64,000 nucleotides of DNA from Octopus sinensis (GCF_006345805.1 NC_043000.1:124744001-124808000); one strand, 5' to 3'. Numbered from the stretch's first letter, positions 12,386-26,143 are shown. Numbers and translations: made by a program. Notes: generated by a model from the sequence alone, not told the origin.

Positions 12386-13203
12386 AAGGCGAGCTGGCAG
12401 AAATGTTAGCATTTAAAGCAGCAAGCTGACAGAAACATTAGTGCACTGGGCGAAATACTTAGCGTTGATCGAACCCTAAAGATTACCATTGATATTACTA
12501 TGTTCTAAATATTTTAAAATAAAACTAAATATGTTAGAAGTATATTTGTGTTTTTCTTCTTTGTCATGAAGCCAGAATTTATCCAGATTATCAAGGCATT
12601 TACTAACTACTACTACTACTACTACTATAACCCCCACCACCACCACCACTGCCTTCATTGTTCCATTTTTCAACCGTTGGTCTACCAATCTAGGTACGAA
12701 TTCTTGCATGTTTCTGCATTTACAAAAGATTCTGTTACTCTGAACTTGTTCACTGGGTATCTTCTCTAACTAAATGCATTCAATGCACTCAACAACACTC
12801 CTCCTCCTCCTCCTATTAATATTCTTATTGTAATCCACCTCTTTAATTCTTGCCCAATTAGTCTTCCTCATAATACATGCTGAAACCTACCTGCCCATAT
12901 TTGTATTTCAGCCACTAAACTCTAAACTGAACACAAACAATATTAACCTTAACCAGGTGACCCTCCTCTTATATTCCGAGATAATAATAACAAAAACAAG
13001 TTATGAAAATTGGTATTGGAGCACTCTGTTTTTCTCTTTTAGGACAACAAACAGAAAATTCTTTGGTTCTTCGGCTCCATTAATTAACCAGCCATTATGC
13101 TTGTGGCTTTTACTCATCCCATTCCTTTTATATACACATTGCATTCTATTTTATGAAACACATTTCTATTTAAAAAAACCTGATACAGTATGTAAAGAAA
13201 GTT

Positions 13204-13333
13204 AGTTTATTCAGTATACAAGCTTTCACAAGCCCTAATTGATAACGGCAAATAATAAAATGAAATAAAAGGAGATAACAACTATATTTTCATTTCAATT
13301 AGGGCTTGTTAAATGTAAAGTATTGAATAAACT
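13204..13333. repeat. Imperfect inverted repeat
   Basis: AGTTTATTCAGTA..ACAAGCCCTAATTGA pairs with TCAATTAGGGCTTGT..TATTGAATAAACT. Confidence 0.65.
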
Positions 13334-13525
13334 TATTCCTGTCCACATTCTGCTTTGTTAAGTGGCTTTTATCATTTTCCTATGCTCAGCGTCAGAGTTA
13401 TTCAGAGACGAAGTAACTTCATGCACTGTAAATGAATTGGAGACTTTGTAATTAAGATATGACTATGTCAAAGCTTCAAAGAAACTACAAACCTTTATGT
13501 AAATTGTCTTTTTATTTTATTATAC

Positions 13526-14033
13526 GTGTGCAGGAGTGGCTGTGTGGTAAGTAGTTTGCTTACTAGCCACATGGTTCCGGGTTCAGTCCCACTGCTTGGT
13601 ACCTTGGGCAAGTGTCTTCTGCTATAGCCTCGAGCTGACCAAAGCCTTGTGAGTGGATTTGGTAGACAGAAACTGAAAGAAGCCCGTCGTATATATGTAT
13701 ATATATATATATGTATGTATGTATGTATGCATGTTTTATTTGTTAAATTGTTATTATATGACTGAGCGCCTTGCGTTGTTTCTTATTCTCCAAGTAAGTT
13801 TTTATATATATATGTTTGTGTGTCTGTGTGTGCCTCCACCAATATCGCTTGACAACCGATGCTGGTGTGTTTACATCCCCGTAACTTAGCGGTTTGGCAA
13901 AAGAGACTGATAGAATAAGTTCTAGGCTTGCAAAGAACAAGTCCTGGGGTCGATTTGTTTGACTAAAAAGCAGTGCTCCAGCATGGCCACAGTCAAATGA
14001 CTGAAATAAATAAAAGAGTAAAAAGAGTATAAA
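13526..14033 (+). mobile_element. tRNA-derived SINE (family A) with internal microsatellite and LINE-derived tail
   Basis: Head GGAGTGGCTGTGTGGTAAG..GGTTCAGTCCCAC and tail GTGCTCCAGCATGGCCACAGTCAAATGACTGAAA. Many copies in the window. Confidence 0.8.
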
Positions 14034-15635
14034 AAGGCTACTGGTCTCTCTCTCTTTTAGAATCATTCTCATCCTCCTCCTCCTCCTCATTATCATCATC
14101 GTCATCATCGTTATCATCATCATCACCATCGTCGTCATCGTTGTTATTTAAAATCTGTTTTTCATGCTGGCATGGGTCGGACAGTTTGATGGGAACTTGC
14201 AAGGCCAGGCGCTGCACCAGGTTCCATAGTCTATTTTGGCCTGGATTCTTTAGTTAGATGCCCTTTCTAATGCCAACCACTTTACAGAGTGTACTGAGTG
14301 TGTTTTATGTGGCATAATGCAAAAAAATTCTTTGGTTCTTTGATCTTTTGGTTCTTTGGCTATTGGTATTAATATCACCAAATCAAAGCTATGTTGTATT
14401 TAGAGTAATTTCTTTGGGGGTGGAGTTTAGCAGAAGAGTAGAGTGTCATTTCCCATCACCTGGCAAGGTTACATATTTTGGTGACTCAAAAAATAGAGTT
14501 TTGGTAGGCATAGAATTAGTAGAGATTTGGGTGATTTTAATTGTACACCATCCATAAATAGTAAGAGTGAAGTACAAGACTATTTGTGATAAATACTGTG
14601 TTGTAATGATTGTGTCTTTCTGTTGTGTTGTGTGTCTCAGGAATACTCAGTCACTTAAGGCCAGAAAACTTGGGGTAGGGTTTAATAAATTACATCGACC
14701 CTAGTGCTCAACTGATACTTGCTTTATCAATCTTGAAGGGATGACAAGCAAAGCTGACCTCGGTGGAATTTGAACTCAGAGCCTAAAGTGTTTAACACAC
14801 CATGCTAACAATCCTACCAGCTCACACTTACGCATCAAATTAACCAAGTGATGATTTAGTTGATCATTCATCTGAATGCACATTGTTGAAACTAGTGGAG
14901 GGCCCTTCATATCATTTTTGATAATGTAATGTTTTAGGGGAAATTAAAGCAGAAAGTTGGCTGAAATATTAACATGCTGAGTGAAATGCTTAGCAGTATT
15001 TCGTCTGTTTTTACGTTCTGAGTTCAAATTCTGCCAAGGTCAGTTTTGTCTTTTATTCTTTCAGGGTCGATAAATTAAGTACCAGTTGAGTACTGGGGTT
15101 GATTTAATCAACTGGTCCCCTCCCCCAAAATTACGGGCCTTGTGCTTAGAGAAGAAAAGAGTATTTTGGGGGGAATTACTATGAAATGATTGTTGTAATG
15201 ACTGTTTCTGTGTTGCTGTAGAGAGTGTGATGTTGCAGTTCAGGATCCAGTAGTTTTTACCAAGGCTCCATAGAGACTCACAGAATGAGGCAGGAGGGGA
15301 GAAACAAAAGTGGGTGGTAACAATATAATAGAAATAGACCATCATCATCATTTAATGTCCATTTGGACATGGCTTGGATGGGTTGGCAAGATCTGAGGGT
15401 CTAAGGACAGCATTGTGATTCAGTGTCTGGTATGGTTTCTATGACTGGTTACCCTTCTTAATGCCAACCACATAGTTTGTACTGCCTTTTCCAAGCTACC
15501 AGTTCAAATGAGGTTGCTGTGCAGCTTGCAAGACTACAAACCTCCAAAGAAGCAGCTTTATGCTAGAAGATGTGGATTAGATTTTGTTTTTGGATTTGGT
15601 TTGCAAGATTCTTTATATGAGTTCATATGTTGAAG

Positions 15636-15901
15636 CATATTCTGTTAAGTCTGGGGAGAGTAATTTTCTTTTTGTGCTTTATAATTTAACACACTCACCG
15701 GTAAAATTTCCACTTATTTCTTATTTTTATTTTCCTAAAATTTTTGTTGCGTCTTGCAACCTTGACTATTGAAAAGATTGCAAGACACAACAAAAATTTT
15801 TGGAAAATAAAAATAAGAAATAAATGGAAATTTTACCAGTGAGTGTGTTACATTATAAGGCACAAAAAGAAAATGACTCTCCCCAGACACAACAGAATGT
15901 G
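15636..15901. repeat. Long palindrome, about 128-bp arms with 10-bp spacer (probable Penelope-type inverted terminus)
   Basis: Arm 15636-15763 is the reverse complement of arm 15774-15901, with scattered mismatches. Confidence 0.85.
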
Positions 15902-16787
15902 TGATTAGAATATGCGAAAAGGGCCAGAGCAGGTTTCTTGCTGTAGAGGGACAAAGGAGCTACATGATTATAGGAAAGATTAACATGTCAGGGATGAAGC
16001 AGAAATTCAGTAAAACTAAGGGAGCAATTGACGAGAAATCTGGTACAAATTTCCCTCATATGCAAAACAAGTTAAACCTAAGCGATGGGAAAAGACACTT
16101 GTTAAGGTTCCACACTCTGGTTCAAACCTAAGACCAGCTAGATACAATACAATCTTGTAAAGCACACAGCTATACCCGCACCCATTTGGTTTATGATATA
16201 ACACACTCTCCCCATTGTGGGCCAGATAAACTTACATTGAAAATACATTTATTCAAGCAGAAAGAAGCTCTCTCCCAAGTTGGAAAGTTGAACAAGAATT
16301 AGAGAAGAATTCTCTAAGTAAATGATTTTTAGCCTTAACAAAATGTAGTTTATCTTTCTATTTCTTTTCCTTTTAAACAAGCTTCCATCTGATCTACTTA
16401 TCACTGGAGCAGAGATATAAAATGTCAGAGAATGAATGCATTACAATTGAAGCTTTTGGGGGAGAAAAACAAACAGACAAACAAACAAATAAACTTCCAA
16501 TTGTATAAAAAAAAAATTAAATGAAGTAAAGCAACAAAACTAAAGAGTTTGAACTGTACAATGTAAAACTATGGCTTTTATTGATTATAGCTGGTCAATT
16601 CTGTTCGAAATGCAAGCAAACAAATCAACAGAAATTGGTTGTGTGTGTGTGTATGTGTATGTGTGTATGTGTATGTATGTGTGTATGACTAAATGCGTTG
16701 TGATTGGTTGTATGTGTTAATCTGCATTTGCATGCATGTTTGAATGTGCTTGTGAATAATTGCTAAGATGTACGTGCAAGTGTGTGC

Positions 16788-16822
<35 letters not shown>

Positions 16823-16825
<3 letters not shown>

Positions 16826-18229
16826 GTTGTGAAGATGTGTGCTAATAAAATACAATTGCTATTGTGAAAGAAAAGATTGGGTGATTTGTTGGCAAAGAAG
16901 ACAATCGATTATCAACATTAGTTTTTAGTTTCGAATCCTGGTTTCTAAGCTCCTTTTAATTCATCATTAACATTATAAATGCACACATATGGACAGACAC
17001 ACACACGCACACACACACACCACACACACACACACACACCACACACACACACACACATATTAAGATACATATATGTGTGTCTCTCTCTCTCTATATATAT
17101 ATGTGTATCTAAATATGTGCTTTTGTGTTACAATTAGCCCGAGGAAGAAGAATATATCTACAATCATCGTATATTCACACCCTGGGTGAATATATGTCTT
17201 TATACCCATGTAGGTGTACATGTATATGCATACAAACGTACATATATATATATATATGTGTGTATGTGTGTGTGTGTGTGTGGTGTGTGTGTGTGTGTGT
17301 GTAGGTTGTGAAGATGTGTGCTAATAAAATACAATTGCTATTGTGAAAGAAAAGATTGGGTGATTTGTTGGCAAAGAAGACAATCGATTATCAACATTAG
17401 TTTTTAGTTTCGAATCCTGGTTTCTAAGCTCCTTTTAATTCATCATTAACATTATAAATGCACACATATGGACAGACACACACACGCACACACACACACA
17501 CACACACACATACACACACACACACACACATATTAAGATACATATATGTGTGTCTCTCTCTCTCTATATATATATGTGTATCTAAATATGTGCTTTTGTG
17601 TTACAATTAGCCCGAGGAAGAAGAATATATCTACAATCATCGTATATTCACACCCTGGGTGAATATATGTCTTTATACCCATGTAGGTGTACATGTATAT
17701 GCATACAAACGTACATATATATATATATATGTGTGTATGTGTGTGTGTGTGTGTGGTGTGTGTGTGTGTGTGTGTAGGTTGTGAAGATGTGTGCTAATAA
17801 AATACAATTGCTATTGTGAAAGAAAAGATTGGGTGATTTGTTGGCAAAGAAGACAATCGATTATCAACATTAGTTTTTAGTTTCGAATCCTGGTTTCTAA
17901 GCTCCTTTTAATTCATCATTAACATTATAAATGCACACATATGGACAGACACACACACGCACACACACACACACACACACACATACACACACACACACAC
18001 ACATACACACAGAGGCACACACACATATTAAGATACATATATGTGTGTCTCTCTCTCTCTATATATATATGTGTATCTAAATATGTGCTTTTGTGTTACA
18101 ATTAGCCCGAGGAAGAAGAATATATCTACAATCATCATATATTCACACCCTGGGTGAATATATGTCTTTATACCCATGTAGGTGTACATGTATATGCATA
18201 CAAACGTACATATATATATATATATATGT

Positions 18230-18268
<39 letters not shown>
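16823..18268. repeat. Tandem triplication of an approximately 475-490 bp unit
   Basis: TAGGTTGTGAAGATGTGTGCTAATAAAATAC begins at 16823, 17302 and 17775. Units are near-identical outside the microsatellites. Confidence 0.95.
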
Positions 18269-18269
<1 letters not shown>

Positions 18270-18646
18270 ATACATATGTGTACAAATATATCTGTATGCT
18301 TATAAAGTAATACATTTGTTAAAACTTATTCCTCCTCTGATGTCTTCTTTTTGTGTTCATTGCCTTCTTGATATATATATATATATATATATATGCATAT
18401 GTGTATTTACATACAAGTTTGAGTACAGATGTATTTTAGTGTATACACAAATAGACACATGTTTGTGTGTTTAAACGTGTATGTTAGTACGTAGTTTTGT
18501 AAATATTTTCTATATGTTGTTATATATAGTGTGTACATGCAATATCATGTGCCATAGTTGTCATGAAGTTCGTTACTGTATACAGTATATATACCATTGA
18601 AGAGAAAGGAGTGAGTCTAAAATATATGGTCTGAAGTGTATGTATG

Positions 18647-18687
<41 letters not shown>

Positions 18688-20186
18688 TTATATATATACA
18701 CACATAAATATATGTACATATATGTGTATATACATATATGTATATATATATATACTTATATACACACACACATATATAAACATACATATATATATATGTA
18801 ATATATATATACACACACACATATATATACACACATACATTAACATACACACACACACACACGCAAGCGCGCGCATGCGCACACACATATAAAGAATATT
18901 GAAAGAGTGATAAAGTTTGTTCAGCTGTGTTGCTTCTGATGCTGTGTAAATGTCATTTAATTCCTTTAGATTTTAGGATCAAACCTTGCTTGAACAAAAG
19001 AAAGAAGAAAAAAACTTAATCATGAACAATAAAAAAAACCAAAGAAAAATGCAACAAAAACAATCCCCTCTAAAAAAAGCCCAAAAAACCCACCAACATT
19101 ACCAACTATAACAACAGCAACAAAAATAAAGAACTATTAAGATATTTTCCAACAATTCCATTACATGAAATTGCTACAGGAAAATGGATGGAAATAATTT
19201 GTATTGGATGTTCAAGTTGTCGAGAGGTAAATAGCCATGATCGAAAGAATTAATAAGTGCATATATACATATATATCTATTTATATATATTGGACAAAAT
19301 CCGAAACATTAAAAAAGAAAAATGAGGATATCTGTAGATAAATGGAATGAAGGAATTATTCTCATTCATACAAATGTCAGTTGGTGTCATTTTCACTTCT
19401 TATGGAATACAATGTCAAAGAGCTTAACGTGAACTAAATTCGGTATGAACTGGAGGCTAAAAGTAAGCCCCTTTCTCCCTAGTAAATTGAGTTTGTGACT
19501 TGGTTTCGATTCTTTCTTGCAGTCATTTAGATGTTTTACTTACAAGAAATCTGTTCTCATAGTTCATTATCCTCTTACTGTCTACCCTGAACTCATCACC
19601 CTCTTTTTTCATTAATGATCAAAGAAACTAAGGAGAAGGAGAGTGCATGAAAAGCATGATTCTGCTATTAACTTCTCCTACTGTAACTGTGGATTTTATG
19701 CCAATATTGACCTAATAAGCCACCCCTGAACCCACAAAGAGTAAAGAAACAAGAAGGATGAACATCAATGTCTAATTCTTTAGTCTTGCCAATTAAAGGT
19801 GACCTCACTAGTGCTGGTGCTATGAGAAAAGCTGTAAGTGGTTAACATTGGCAAGGGCTCCCAACCATAGAAACTGTGCCAAAACTGAAACTTCGGAGCA
19901 CAATGATGTGTCATCAGACACATCAGATTCAGTCAAACTGTCCAATCCATGCCGCATGGAAGGCAGATGTCAAATCATGATGACTTACATTGCTAGTATT
20001 CTTCAAACCTGTAAAACATAAACTGGGTATATTCAAGGATATTAATTTGTCAAACCACTCCTTGGATCATTTCTTAGGTTGTGAAGCTGCATTAAGCCAT
20101 GGCTTGCCTTACACCAGTAATCCTCCTCTGCTTCCTCATCGTCATCGTCATCGTCATCATCATCTTAATAGTCCCTTCTTACCACA

Positions 20187-20605
20187 CAGGTATGGCTGTA
20201 TGGTTGTGTGGTAAGAAGCTTGCTTCCCAACCACATGGTTCTGGGTTCAGTCCTACTGAGTGGTACTTTGGGCAAATCTCTTCTACTATAACTTTGGGCA
20301 AATCTCTTCTACTATAACTTTGGGCCAAGCAAAATCTTGTGAGCAGATTTGGTAGACAGAAAACGAAAGAAGATTCACATATATGTGTGTGCGTGTCTTT
20401 GTGTCTGAGTTTGTCCCGCCCCCCACTGCTTGATGACTAGTGCTGGTATGTTTACATCCATATAACTTAGCAGTTCGGTAAAATAAGTCCCTGGCTTAAA
20501 AAAATAAAGTATTGAGGTTGATTCATTCAACGAAAAGTTCTTCAAAGCCATGCTCCAGCATGGCCTCTGTCTGATGACTGAAAAAAAGTAAAAGATAATA
20601 AAAGA
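20187..20605 (+). mobile_element. SINE family A (degenerate, with short internal duplication)
   Basis: Head and tail motifs present. ACTTTGGGCAAATCTCTTCTACTATA is duplicated. Confidence 0.7.
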
Positions 20606-21589
20606 GAAAAGATTTTCCATACTTGCATGGGTTTCATATAAATTTGATGAGGCAGGTTTTTTTATGGTTGAATGCCCTTCCTATCACAAATACTCATCTG
20701 TCTCCTGGTAAGGTAATGTTAACTCCTTAGTAATAACTCAGCAAGCTAGCAAAATTCTTGGCAACATTTCATCCATCTATACAGTTTAAATTCAAATTTT
20801 GCTGCGGTTATCTTTGCCTTTCATTCTTTCAATGAAATAAGGGCCAGTTGAGCACTGGGGGCAATATAATCAGATTAGCCCCTTCCCTGAAATTGCTGGC
20901 CTTTTTGAAACCAATATTATCCCTAGTTCTTTGGGTATGAACAACACAATGGCCAGACAATGCTAAACAATGAAAGAAAAACTCTCAGAGAAAACCAAAA
21001 TTCATGGAGTTCTTTGAATGAAGCCCTTGTCATATTTGTTATGCACCACAGAACAGATACTCTGAACACTCCTCTATTATTCCCTTGGTTATGTTGTTTC
21101 TATTCAATCTCATTATCAACAACCATAATGTAACAGTCTCACACTCCCTCTCACTTTCATGATTCCTCATCTGTCACACATCAGAAGTGCAGTGAGCCAA
21201 GCGACAGGCCCATTGAAAATCAGTAACAAATACTGTTTTTATGAACAAAAATACAAAATAAGTGAATAAATGAATAACCAATACCTATCTCATGCATATA
21301 TGATACATTTGATCAATTGCTTGATTGTTTTCCTAATCAGATGCATTCATCAACAAGTAATTAGCTCTATTGATTTCAGGAAAGTGTCTCTACTACAAAT
21401 ATCAATGATAGAATTTAAGCTCAGCCAGTGCAAGTTAACAAACCACTCATCAATTATACAGTGTTCCCACTATTGATAGTTGAACACTACATCCAAAATA
21501 GCATCTATTCACAGCAAAATTTAACTGTTTCAGCTCCAGAATCAGCGCAGGTAGCTCCAGTTAAGAACTATCAACTCTTTGGTTGAGTA

Positions 21590-21810
21590 TCATCATCATC
21601 ATCGTTTAACGTCCGCTTTCCATGCTAGCATGGGTTAGACGATTTGATTGAGGACTGGTGAACCAGATGGCTGCACCAGGCTCCAATCTTGATCAGGCAG
21701 AGTTTCTACAGCTGGATGCCCTTCCTAATGCCAACCACTCCAAGAGTGTAGTGGGTGCTTTTACATGCCACTGGCACGAGGGCCAGTCAGGCGGTACTGG
21801 CAATGGCCAC
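21590..21810 (-). mobile_element. RTE-LINE 3' end (truncated)
   Basis: (CAT)n tail plus family motifs. Confidence 0.75.
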
Positions 21811-22234
21811 AAAAAAGATCTTTTTTTTTTTTTTTGAGACAATGGATTAAGCATTATTTATCCTGGCAAAATTTGATGTTATAACCTTAGATGTTATTCA
21901 TCATCACCATCATTCCTCAGTGTGGCTGAATAACCAATCCCAACCAGTCAAGATTTTCAGTATGGGTTGCACTATTCGTCCTTTCAATTGCCGAATACAA
22001 AATATGGCTCATGAGACCTCCATTCAGGTGATTTTTCCCCAAGTCCCCATTTCACCCATGTGTTCCAATCCATCGCAAGGTCACCCATTTACAGATGAGT
22101 GGACTGGAGCAACATAAAACAGAATAATTTGCTGAAGAATACAATACACAGCTGGTTTGGGAATCAAAATGTGATCTTGCAATTGAGAGTCCATAACATT
22201 GATAACATTGTGTAACACAATTTTTGTACTTGGG

Positions 22235-22594
22235 TTACCAGCGTTGCCTTACTGACACTTGTGCCCATGCTAGTAGGGTGCCAAGAGCACCATCCGAGCA
22301 TGATCATTGCCAGAGCAGTCAACTGGCTTCCGTGCCGTTGGCACGTAAAAGGGCACCATTCGAGCGTGATCGTTACCAACGTCGCCTTACTGCACCTGTG
22401 CCAGTGGGACGTAAAAAGCACCCACTACACTCTCGGAGTGGTTGGCGTTAGGAAGGGCATCCAGCTGTAGAAACTCTGCCACATCAAGATGGGAGCCTGG
22501 TGCAGCCATCTGGTTTGCCAGCCCTCAGTCAAAATCGTCCAGCCCATGCTAGCATGGAAAGTGGACGTTAAATGATGATGATGATGATGATGAT
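22235..22594 (+). mobile_element. RTE-LINE 3' end
   Basis: Repeat units, CCATGCTAGCATGG and a (GAT)n tail. Confidence 0.75.
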
Positions 22595-22851
22595 TTACCC
22601 CTAGAAACTATGAAAAATGGCTAATATTTCCTTCAAAATTTACTTATGTTACATTTATTGAAACTCCAAAGAATCCCTCTCAACATATGGCTGTGATGCT
22701 CTCCAACTACTCCTGCTCATGATCAGAGATGTACATATTGTCAGCCACTAAGGGACATACTCAAATGGTTATGGTCCAGCAACTGACATGCAGATCTGTG
22801 GTTTTGTGCTGAATATTTACTTTAATGGTATTTTGGCTTTAATGGTATTTA

Positions 22852-23085
22852 AGGCGGCGAGCTGGCAGAAACATTAGCATGCTAGGCGAAATGCATAGCC
22901 GTATTTCATCTGCCATTACGTTCTGAGTTCAAATTCCGCCGAGGTCGACTTTGCCTTTCATCGTTTCGGTGTCGATAAATTAAGTACCAGTTACGCACTG
23001 GGGCTCGATGTAATCGACTTAATCCGTTTGTCTGTCCTTGTTTGTCCTCTCTGTGTTTAGCCCCTTGTGGGTAGTAAAGAAATAG
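22852..23085 (+). mobile_element. SINE family B monomer
   Basis: AAGGCGGCGAGCTGGCAG..GAGTTCAAATTCCGCC..AAAGAAATA. Same as 35722-35953. Confidence 0.8.
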
Positions 23086-23329
23086 GTATTTTGGCTTCAG
23101 CAACTCAGCACTGAATCTGTCTGAAATGTAATGAAAAATAAGTCAGTTTCAAAACATCAGCTGAAAAATTACACACATACACATGCATGTGTAGAAAAAC
23201 ATACAGAGAGATAGAAAGAGCAAGAGATATTACAATTTGTAAGTCATATAAAGCAACAAGCTTCTGTGAGCATGGTCAGTCTGTTTTAGTTCTTCCTTAA
23301 CTGTTCACAAAAAAATTGCATTTCAGGCT

Positions 23330-24332
23330 TACTCTTTTACTTGTTTCAGTCATGTGACTGTGACCATGCTGGAGCACTGTCTTTAGTTGAACAAATCGAC
23401 CCCAGGACTTATTCTTTGTAAGTCTAGTACTTATTCTATCAGTCTCTTTTGCCAAACCGCTAAGTTACGGGGAGGCAAACATACCAGCATCGTTTGTCAA
23501 GCAATGTTGGGAGAACAAACACAGACACACAAACATACACACACATACATCATCATCATCATCATCATTTAGCGTCCGTTTTCCATGCTAGCATGGGTTG
23601 GACGGTTCTACTGGGGTCTGTGAAGCCAGAAGGCTTCATCAGGCCCAGTCAAATCTGGCAGTGTTTCTACGGCTGGATGCCCTTCCTAACGCCAACCACT
23701 CCGTGAGTGTAGTGGGTGCTTTTTACGTGCCACCCGCACTGGTGCCAGACAGAGCTGGCAAACGGCCACGAACGGATGGTGCTTTTTATGTGCCACCTGC
23801 ACGAGGGCCAGGCGAGGCTGGCAACGGACACGAAACGGGGCGGTGCTGGCAACGGTCGCGAAACGGAAAGTTCTCTTACATGCCACCGGCACTGGTAACA
23901 CATCTGCAATTTCCATTGATCGATTTCCATTGATCGATTTCGATTCTGATCCTCACTTGCCTCAATGGGTCTTCACAAGCAGAGTTTCGACACTGGTAAC
24001 ACATCTGCAATTTCCATTGATCGATTTCCATTGATCGATTTCGATTCTGATCCTCACTTGCCTCAATGGGTCTTCACAAGCAGAGTTTCGGCACTGGTAG
24101 CACATCCACAATTTCCATTGATCGATTTCGATTCTGATCCTCACTTGCCTCAATATATATATATATATATACATATATACGACAGGCTTTTTTCAGTTTC
24201 TGTCTACCAAATCCACTCACAAGGCTTTGGTTGGCCCGAGGCTATAGTAGAAGACACTTGCCCAAGGTACCACGCAGTGGGACTGAACCCAGAATCATGT
24301 AATTGGTAGCAAGCTACTTACTACACAGCCAC
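23330..24332 (-). mobile_element. SINE family A interrupted by an RTE 3' end (23548-24155) that has internal duplications
   Basis: SINE tail at 23330-23545 and head at 24175-24332 are separated by the RTE UTR. An approximately 100-bp segment is repeated three times at 23890-24152. Confidence 0.8.
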
Positions 24333-24533
24333 GGTCCATTTCAGTTAGACATCATCAGTTTTCTCAAGAGTGCCTTTCACAAATAGGAAGATGTTATTTT
24401 CTGTAAAATCAATTATCAATTTATTGAAATTATCACCTTTGACGGTCACTACCAATTGCCATTAGGTTTTTGTTTTCTTTCTCACACAAAGCAGCAAAAT
24501 TTCTATTAATTCATATTTTTGCGTACATTACTA

Positions 24534-24750
24534 TGAGTGGTTGCTGAAAAGTACTTGGCCTTAAGGGTATCACAAAAGGCCTGGTTGGAGGCCCAACCTT
24601 CTGAGTTCTTTTACAAGGCTTAGAAAAACTGAAAGACCACCACAATAAGTGTGTGATTTTGAGAGGGTAATATAATGAATAAAATCATAATTAACTGATC
24701 CTCTTGTATTTTCTTTTGCCCAAAGACAGGAACTTTTCAGCACCTCCTCA
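24534..24750 (+). mobile_element. Mariner-derived MITE
   Basis: TIRs TGAGTGGTTGCTGAAAAGTACTTGG and ACAGGAACTTTTCAGCACCTCCTCA, with TA on both sides. Internal GLEKLKDHHNKCVILRG*YNE resembles a mariner C-terminus. Confidence 0.75.
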
Positions 24751-25084
24751 TATATATTCGAATTGGTCCACTTGAGTTAGTTCCATTAGCATACCTTAAC
24801 TCTAGATATTTTACATAGACTGGACATGAACCCATCATTCATATTTTCTAAAATTTAATATTCTTCTTGCCAAAAGTAACCTAACTTTAAGTATTTCTTT
24901 CAAAAGTTTTATTACATCAAATTCAATTATGTAAATTAAATAAGTCGCTGCAACAGACATAATGACTGGACATTTATATATTGATTGTGGAAACAAATAC
25001 TTATTTTAGTGGTTTCCAATAAAACAAAACATTTTTTCAAATTTCTTTGTGATACTGATGTTATTGTAACTGAATTTAATTTTG

Positions 25085-25737
25085 TGAAGTGGCTGTGTGG
25101 TAAGTAGCTTGCTTACCAACCACATAGTCACAGGTTCAGTCCCACTGTGTGGCACCTAGGGCAAGTGCCTTCTACTATAGTCTCGGGCCGACTAAAGCCT
25201 TGTGAGTGGATTTGGTAGACGGAAACTGGAAGAAGCCCATCTTGTATATGTATATATATATATCATCATCATCATCATCATCGTTTAACGTCTGCTTTCC
25301 ATGCTAGCATGGGTTGGATGATTTTGACTGAGGGCTGGCAAGCCAGAAGGCTGCACCAGGCTCCAATCTTGATCTGGCAGAGTTTCTACAGCTGGATGCC
25401 CTTCCTAACGCCAACCACTCTGAGAGTGTAGTGGGTGCCTTTTACATGCCACCGGCATGGGGGCCAGTCAGGCGGCACTGGCAATGACCTCGCTCAAATC
25501 TTTTTACACATTCCACCGGCACAGGTGCATATATATATATGTATATGTGTGTGTGTGTATGTTTGCGTGTCTGTTCCCCCGCTGGTGTGTTTATGTCTTC
25601 GTAACTTAGCAGTTTCGCAAAAGAGACCGAGAATAAGCTCTGGGGTTGATTTGCTCGACTATAAAGGTGGTGCTCCAGCATGGCTGCAGTCAAATGACTG
25701 AAACAAGTAAAAGAGTAAAAGAGAGAGTAAAGAGTAA
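25085..25737 (+). mobile_element. SINE family A interrupted by an antisense RTE 3' end (25262-25525)
   Basis: Head at 25085-25245 and tail at 25560-25737. The RTE UTR sits in the central microsatellite. Confidence 0.75.
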
Positions 25738-25924
25738 TAGAAGTTAGAATGAGATGACTGAGCACAGCTGCTTAAATGCTGGACACAGAAGATTTGGCAT
25801 GGCTGGGTGGCTGGCTGGACATTCAGTCTGTTTTGGGGACAGTACTTTTTGGCACTAGAGGCAAACACACACACATGCACACACATACAGAAATATGGCA
25901 CGTTCCGTTTCGGTGGCATGTAAA

Positions 25925-26143
25925 AAGCACCGTTGCTAGCCTCCCCTGGCACTGTGCCGGTGGCACGTAAAAAGCACCCCCTACACTCACAGAGTGGTTG
26001 GTCTTAGGAAGAGCATAGAGCTGCAGAAACACTGCCAGATCAGACTGGAGCATGGGGCAGCCTCCTGGCTTGCCAGACCCCTGATGAACCGTCCAACCCA
26101 TGCTAGCATGGAAAACGGATGTTAAACGATGATGATGATAATG
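25925..26143 (+). mobile_element. RTE-LINE 3' end
   Basis: Family motifs and a (GAT)n tail. Confidence 0.7.
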
